A stretch of 28,465 nt of DNA from Octopus sinensis (lineage: Eukaryota). How positions within the stretch are numbered: position 1 is the stretch's first letter; each line of letters starts with the position of its first letter. Below are positions 24,445-28,465 of the stretch, piece by piece. The DNA lies in assembly GCF_006345805.1 (NCBI RefSeq), contig NW_021833498.1:1-28465 (forward strand), written 5' to 3'. The notes beneath the pieces were generated by a model, which ran no database searches, was not told the origin of the DNA, and saw only the letters and a program-made list of their open reading frames with translations. A program made the position numbers and the translations under genes.

Positions 24445-24570
24445 GTCGCACGTTCGGATGACCTCTACTCAACTTCTCTCTACTCCTCTACTCTACAACT
24501 GATTCTTTATTTTGGCACTCAGGCCACTTAACACAGAGGGGACACTACAAGGACGGACACAACACTACAG
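24445..24570 (-). mobile_element. 3'-terminal fragment of a retroelement with a Tx1/SINE-like tail followed by (GTAGA)n
   Basis: Minus strand GTCCGTCCTTGTAGTGTCCCCTCTGTGTTAAGTGGCCTGAGTGCCAAAATAAAGAATC resembles 2045-2100 and the ends of copies A-C. Confidence 0.5.
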
Positions 24571-24860
24571 TGGGGAAAAAAAAACATATAACGAATGAAT
24601 ATGAATTATATAATAACGGAGATGAAGGGCTGCATGGGCCCCACTCCTCATACAGTACCATTTGAACGTTTGTTGATAATTTTTTCCTTTTTTTTCTTTA
24701 ATTATCGTTTTTTCCTATTTCTTCAAACTTTTTCCTTCCTTTTTTTCCCTCTTTTTTTCCCTCCTTTTAACGCCTCATATACGGCTCTAACTCTACCAGA
24801 TCGATTACCGGTGGCAGTTCATTAAACTCCACCAACTGGGTCAATCCTATTTCCACACAT

Positions 24861-25227
24861 GGGATCTTTTCGGTTTGAACGGCAGTTTTTAATTTCTAGG
24901 TAACTAAAAAATTTTAAACTTCGTATACTGGTAGAATGTGTTTATAAAACATCTTTTTCCTTGAGAAAATTCTATAGTTTGTAAGATATTTGTTGTTTTT
25001 TTTCCTTCAATTTCTGCAATTTCAACTAATCACTGACGTCTATTGAGGTAAAAAAACATTCTGTGCCATATGAATATGTCCCTCGTTTAAGAAACAGATT
25101 GGATTTATTTACATTTGTGAAGAAAAAAAGATACCCTTCCTCCCATCCCTAATCCTAACCCTAACTCTAACCCTAATCCTAACCCTAACTAACCCTAACC
25201 CTAAAAGATTCAAACCGAAAAGATCCC
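24861..25227 (-). mobile_element. Second copy of the same MITE, inverted, with an internal deletion and an expanded (CCCTAA)n
   Basis: GGGATCTTTTCGGTTTGAACGGCAG ... TTCAAACCGAAAAGATCCC; interior is the reverse complement of 24070-24345; flanks ACACAT and ACGCAT. Confidence 0.85.
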
Positions 25228-25501
25228 ACGCATGTCCTTAAGATTCTCTACTCTACTACTCTCGGCGTCTCGGCTTCTCGCTCTATATCTACGTATTGGG
25301 CTAGCCTACTTCGTCGTCGGGGGGCGTCCACACAACAGTTTTTATAACTGGATATTAGGAATTGGAAAAAAAAAATTATTGAAATAGTTTGTGTATTGTT
25401 GAAGTATAACCAATATATTGCACATAACTTTTAACCACAAAATCTTATATGGACTCCGCATCGGTGTTCCTTTATTTTGTATTATATCGTCTGGGAATTG
25501 C

Positions 25502-25563
25502 GGAAGGAAGGAAGGAAGAAAGGAAGGAAGGAAGAAAGGAAGGAAGGAAGGATAGAAGGGAAG
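25502..25563. repeat. (GGAA)n microsatellite
   Basis: Read directly. Confidence 0.9.
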
Positions 25564-26262
25564 GAAAATATCCTCAAACTGAAGACTAGGCTCGAATATT
25601 CGCCATCAATGGTTCAAATGTTCGAGGCTAAAAGCAGAAATAGAAAGAGCGATGGTATAATTTTTTGCTACAGAAGATCAATAAACAGACAGAAGTAAAA
25701 TAACGAAAACAGAGGCGAATATCAAGTATTGACTATTAAATCGGTACAATGAGACAGATGGCCACATTATTTCCGGTAGGCCAGCCTTGCCGAATCCCAA
25801 TATATTTAGAACGCAATCGAGTCGACATCTACATCTACCAGGGAATATGTCGGCAATTTAATGTGAACACCAATAAGCTATGTTATAGATATTAGTGTTA
25901 GGATCAGTAAAGCAGATGATAAATTACTAAATTATTTTAGTGGGATACAGTTACATGGAGTTATAAGTTCTAATCCTTGACCAAGTCATAAAAAATGCTT
26001 TTGTTTACTAAACTAATTACAGTTTGTAGACTGTATGGTGTAAATATGAACGAACAGGCTGATAACAAGCAGAAATTACGCTGTCTAAATTACAGAAGAC
26101 TCAACAATGGTTTTAAATACGAGTAAGATCAATGTTTGATATGGACACGAAATCTCATATTTATGCAAGAAAATTATGTTGGATTGAATACACACACACA
26201 CACACACACAGACATGCACACAAATATACATACGCACACATACGAAAAACGGGCATGACTAT

Positions 26263-26368
26263 AGGCGCAAGGAATGACTGTGTAGTAAGAGGTTTGCTTC
26301 CCAATCACACAGTGCCGGGTTCAATCCCGTTGTGTAGCAAATTGGGCACGTGTCTTCAAATATAGCCC
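26263..26368 (+). mobile_element. Decayed SINE head of the 1251-1654 family
   Basis: GGCGCAAGGAATGACTGTGTAGTAAG ... GGGTTCAATCCC ... TTGGGCACGTGTCTTC. Confidence 0.75.
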
Positions 26369-26370
26369 TA

Positions 26371-26477
26371 ACCCGAGGCTATAATATGACACTCACCCAA
26401 GGTGTCACGCTATGGGATAGAGCCCGGAACTGCGTGGTTGGGAGGCAAACGTCTTGGCATAAACCACGCCTGCCCCT
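26371..26477 (-). mobile_element. Decayed SINE head of the same family, convergent with the previous one
   Basis: Minus strand GGGGCAGGCGTGG...TTTGCCTCCCAACCACGCAGTTCCGGGCTCTATCCC...GACACCTTGGGTGAGTGTC...TATAGCCTCGGG. Confidence 0.7.
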
Positions 26478-26947
26478 AGAGCCACGTTTATGCAAGTATA
26501 TATACATACACACACACATATATATATATGCATACAAATATGAAAGACAAATTGGTCGACATAGTTTGTCTACGGGTCTATAAGTTGACATACCAGCCCT
26601 TGTGAGAAAATGTGTTTATTTACAAATAAGTTGAAAGATATACAAAGGGAAAAGACAAAAGAAAGGGGAGGGAAAGGAAAACGAAAAATACTTTGTAATG
26701 AAATTTTAATGAATTGACCACGTCAAATGGAAAAGAAACCCATCTTTCTCTCTCTCGCGTTTTTCAAAAGCAACCTCCCCCGGAAAACAAAAACAGTATT
26801 CTCCCCTTCTATACAAAACAAATAAACATCCGATTCATGTAAATGAACAACGAAAATTCTGTTTTTACCATTTTGATTTTGTGATTTTGTCTTGACGAGT
26901 TCGAAAAACGAACGAAAGTGCTAATATAGGATATCCTAAATTCTTAC

Positions 26948-27123
26948 TGCTAATCTATATATAATAATATATAATATATATATAATATATATATATATAT
27001 TATATATATATATATATATAATATATATATATATGTATATATATATATCTATATAGATATATATAGTATATATATATTATATCTGTTAGATATATAATGA
27101 TAATATCCGATATGGCCATAGGG

Positions 27124-27158
<35 letters not shown>

Positions 27159-27228
27159 GTATATGTATATATATATAGATATATATATATATATATATAA
27201 TATATATTATATATATATATATTTATAT
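26948..27228. repeat. Long imperfect (TA)n
   Basis: Read directly. Confidence 0.95.
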
Positions 27229-27849
27229 CTTTCAGCCCTAAGGTTATATTTCGTTTGTTGTTTTTGTTAAACGTTTGAAATATGTGACGCTTCTGTTTTT
27301 TTTTTATCATTTGTGAAATATTCTCTGAATATTTTTGTGTGCGATATCTTTTTGTCTCTTTCTCTTTTTTGCCTATCTTTTGCCTCCCTCTTTCTCTCTT
27401 CTGCCTTCGTTCTGACTGTCTGTATGTCCTACTCTAGTTTTCAGTCCTACAGGACATTTTCCTTTTCCTTTGCGTTTCCTCATATCAGTCTGTCTTGCGG
27501 TCGTACGGCTTTTTTATTGTATATGTATGTTTTATTTTGTGTTTGTTTTCGTCATTGTCCTGTACATTCGCTAGCTATTCCCAGTGGCTTTTTGCCTCTG
27601 GCGTCACCAAGAATGAACAATATCAACATTAAAGACGCGAAATTGTAATGATCTTAAGGACGTTGACTGATGAGGAATAAGCTACGAATTTTGTTTGTTA
27701 GGTTTTTGTAATATTTCCGTTTGTATTTTTGTTAATTTTTTGATATATACACACACAGGCAAGACAAGTAAATAGACACAGTTATAATCATTAAAATTTA
27801 TTTAAATCTGAAATTATACATTTAGATTATTTATTGATTGTTATAATGT

Positions 27850-27965
27850 AATAAGTTGTCCTGGTCTTTTCCAAGTTTAATAACTTGTCCTGGTCTTTTC
27901 CAAGTTTAATAACTTGTCCTGGTCTTTTCCAAGTTTAATAACTTGTCCTGTAATTTTCCAGCTTT
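27850..27965. repeat. 29-bp minisatellite (AATAACTTGTCCTGGTCTTTTCCAAGTTT) x4
   Basis: Units start at 27850, 27879, 27908 and 27937 (last unit degenerate). Confidence 0.95.
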
Positions 27966-27969
27966 ATAA

Positions 27970-28465
27970 TCTTAAGAATATTATTTCTCTTGCTCATATT
28001 TTCCCATGTAATTCATGTTTTTCCCAGGCTATTCTATTATGCTAATTGATAATGTGTCAAATGTGTCAATTAGCGGTGTAGGGGTGTTGTTGATGATTTT
28101 TTCCTTACCTCAATGATACCGGTGACATATATTAAAAGTCTCCTTATAGAATTATATTCATAAAATGTATAGAACTACATTATCACCCTCAAATTTGAGA
28201 AATAATTTTTTTCTTTTAAAACTTCATTGAATGAGATTGATACCATGAAATTCCTTTAAGTTTAATTAAAATATTGTATGTTTTAAAAATAAAAACAGTT
28301 TATTATACTTAAATTCAGTTTTTCGCCTCATATTTTTTTAATGATATTTTACCTCACAACGTTTTTGATACAAATTTTTGTTGCATGGGAACAACATTAT
28401 GAAATTCTTTATGTTTTTCTTCTCTTCATTGAGCTAGATAAATATATTTGCGCTTTTAAAATAAT
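27970..28465 (-). pseudogene. Putative eroded RTE-clade LINE fossil, region C-terminal to the RT core
   Basis: One minus frame gives VVPM (28395-84), YEAKN*I* (28332-09, cf. YGAETWTL) and LKGISW (28260-43, cf. ILGISW) at close to the spacing recalled for RTE elements. Confidence 0.5.

Noticed and set aside
27313-27648. 111-aa hydrophobic ORF
   Set aside because: Product of a T/C-rich low-complexity tract; no homology recognised
27666-27690. CTGATGAGGAATAAGCTACGAA as a hammerhead core
   Set aside because: Lacks GAAA and stems II/III; CTGACGAG at about 4223 fails the same way
27850-27965. 29-bp direct repeats as a CRISPR array
   Set aside because: Contiguous repeats with no spacers, eukaryotic context, no cas genes; the same applies to the 17-bp array

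Overview
Repeat-dominated, AT-rich eukaryotic DNA with no recognisable host gene. The SINE types and microsatellite density suggest an octopus/coleoid cephalopod genome (inference). The centre (8369-21767) is a head-to-tail array of three L1-clade, Tx1-like non-LTR retrotransposons, all on +: a 5'-truncated copy A and near-full-length but mutated copies B and C. Each has no poly(A) and joins a (TATC)n microsatellite about 5-6 nt after AATAAA, which points to a (TATC)n/(GATA)n-targeting family. Comparing the copies by eye shows a 3'UTR stem with compensatory base changes, smaller conserved hairpins, a 3' terminus shared with a local SINE, intron-like signals in both 5'UTRs, and a mosaic ORF1. 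The flanks hold tRNA-derived SINEs, a mariner-like MITE, an inverted pair of TIR elements carrying TTAGGG repeats, two AT-eroded RTE-like LINE fossils, and micro/minisatellites. All alignments were made by eye; no database search was run.
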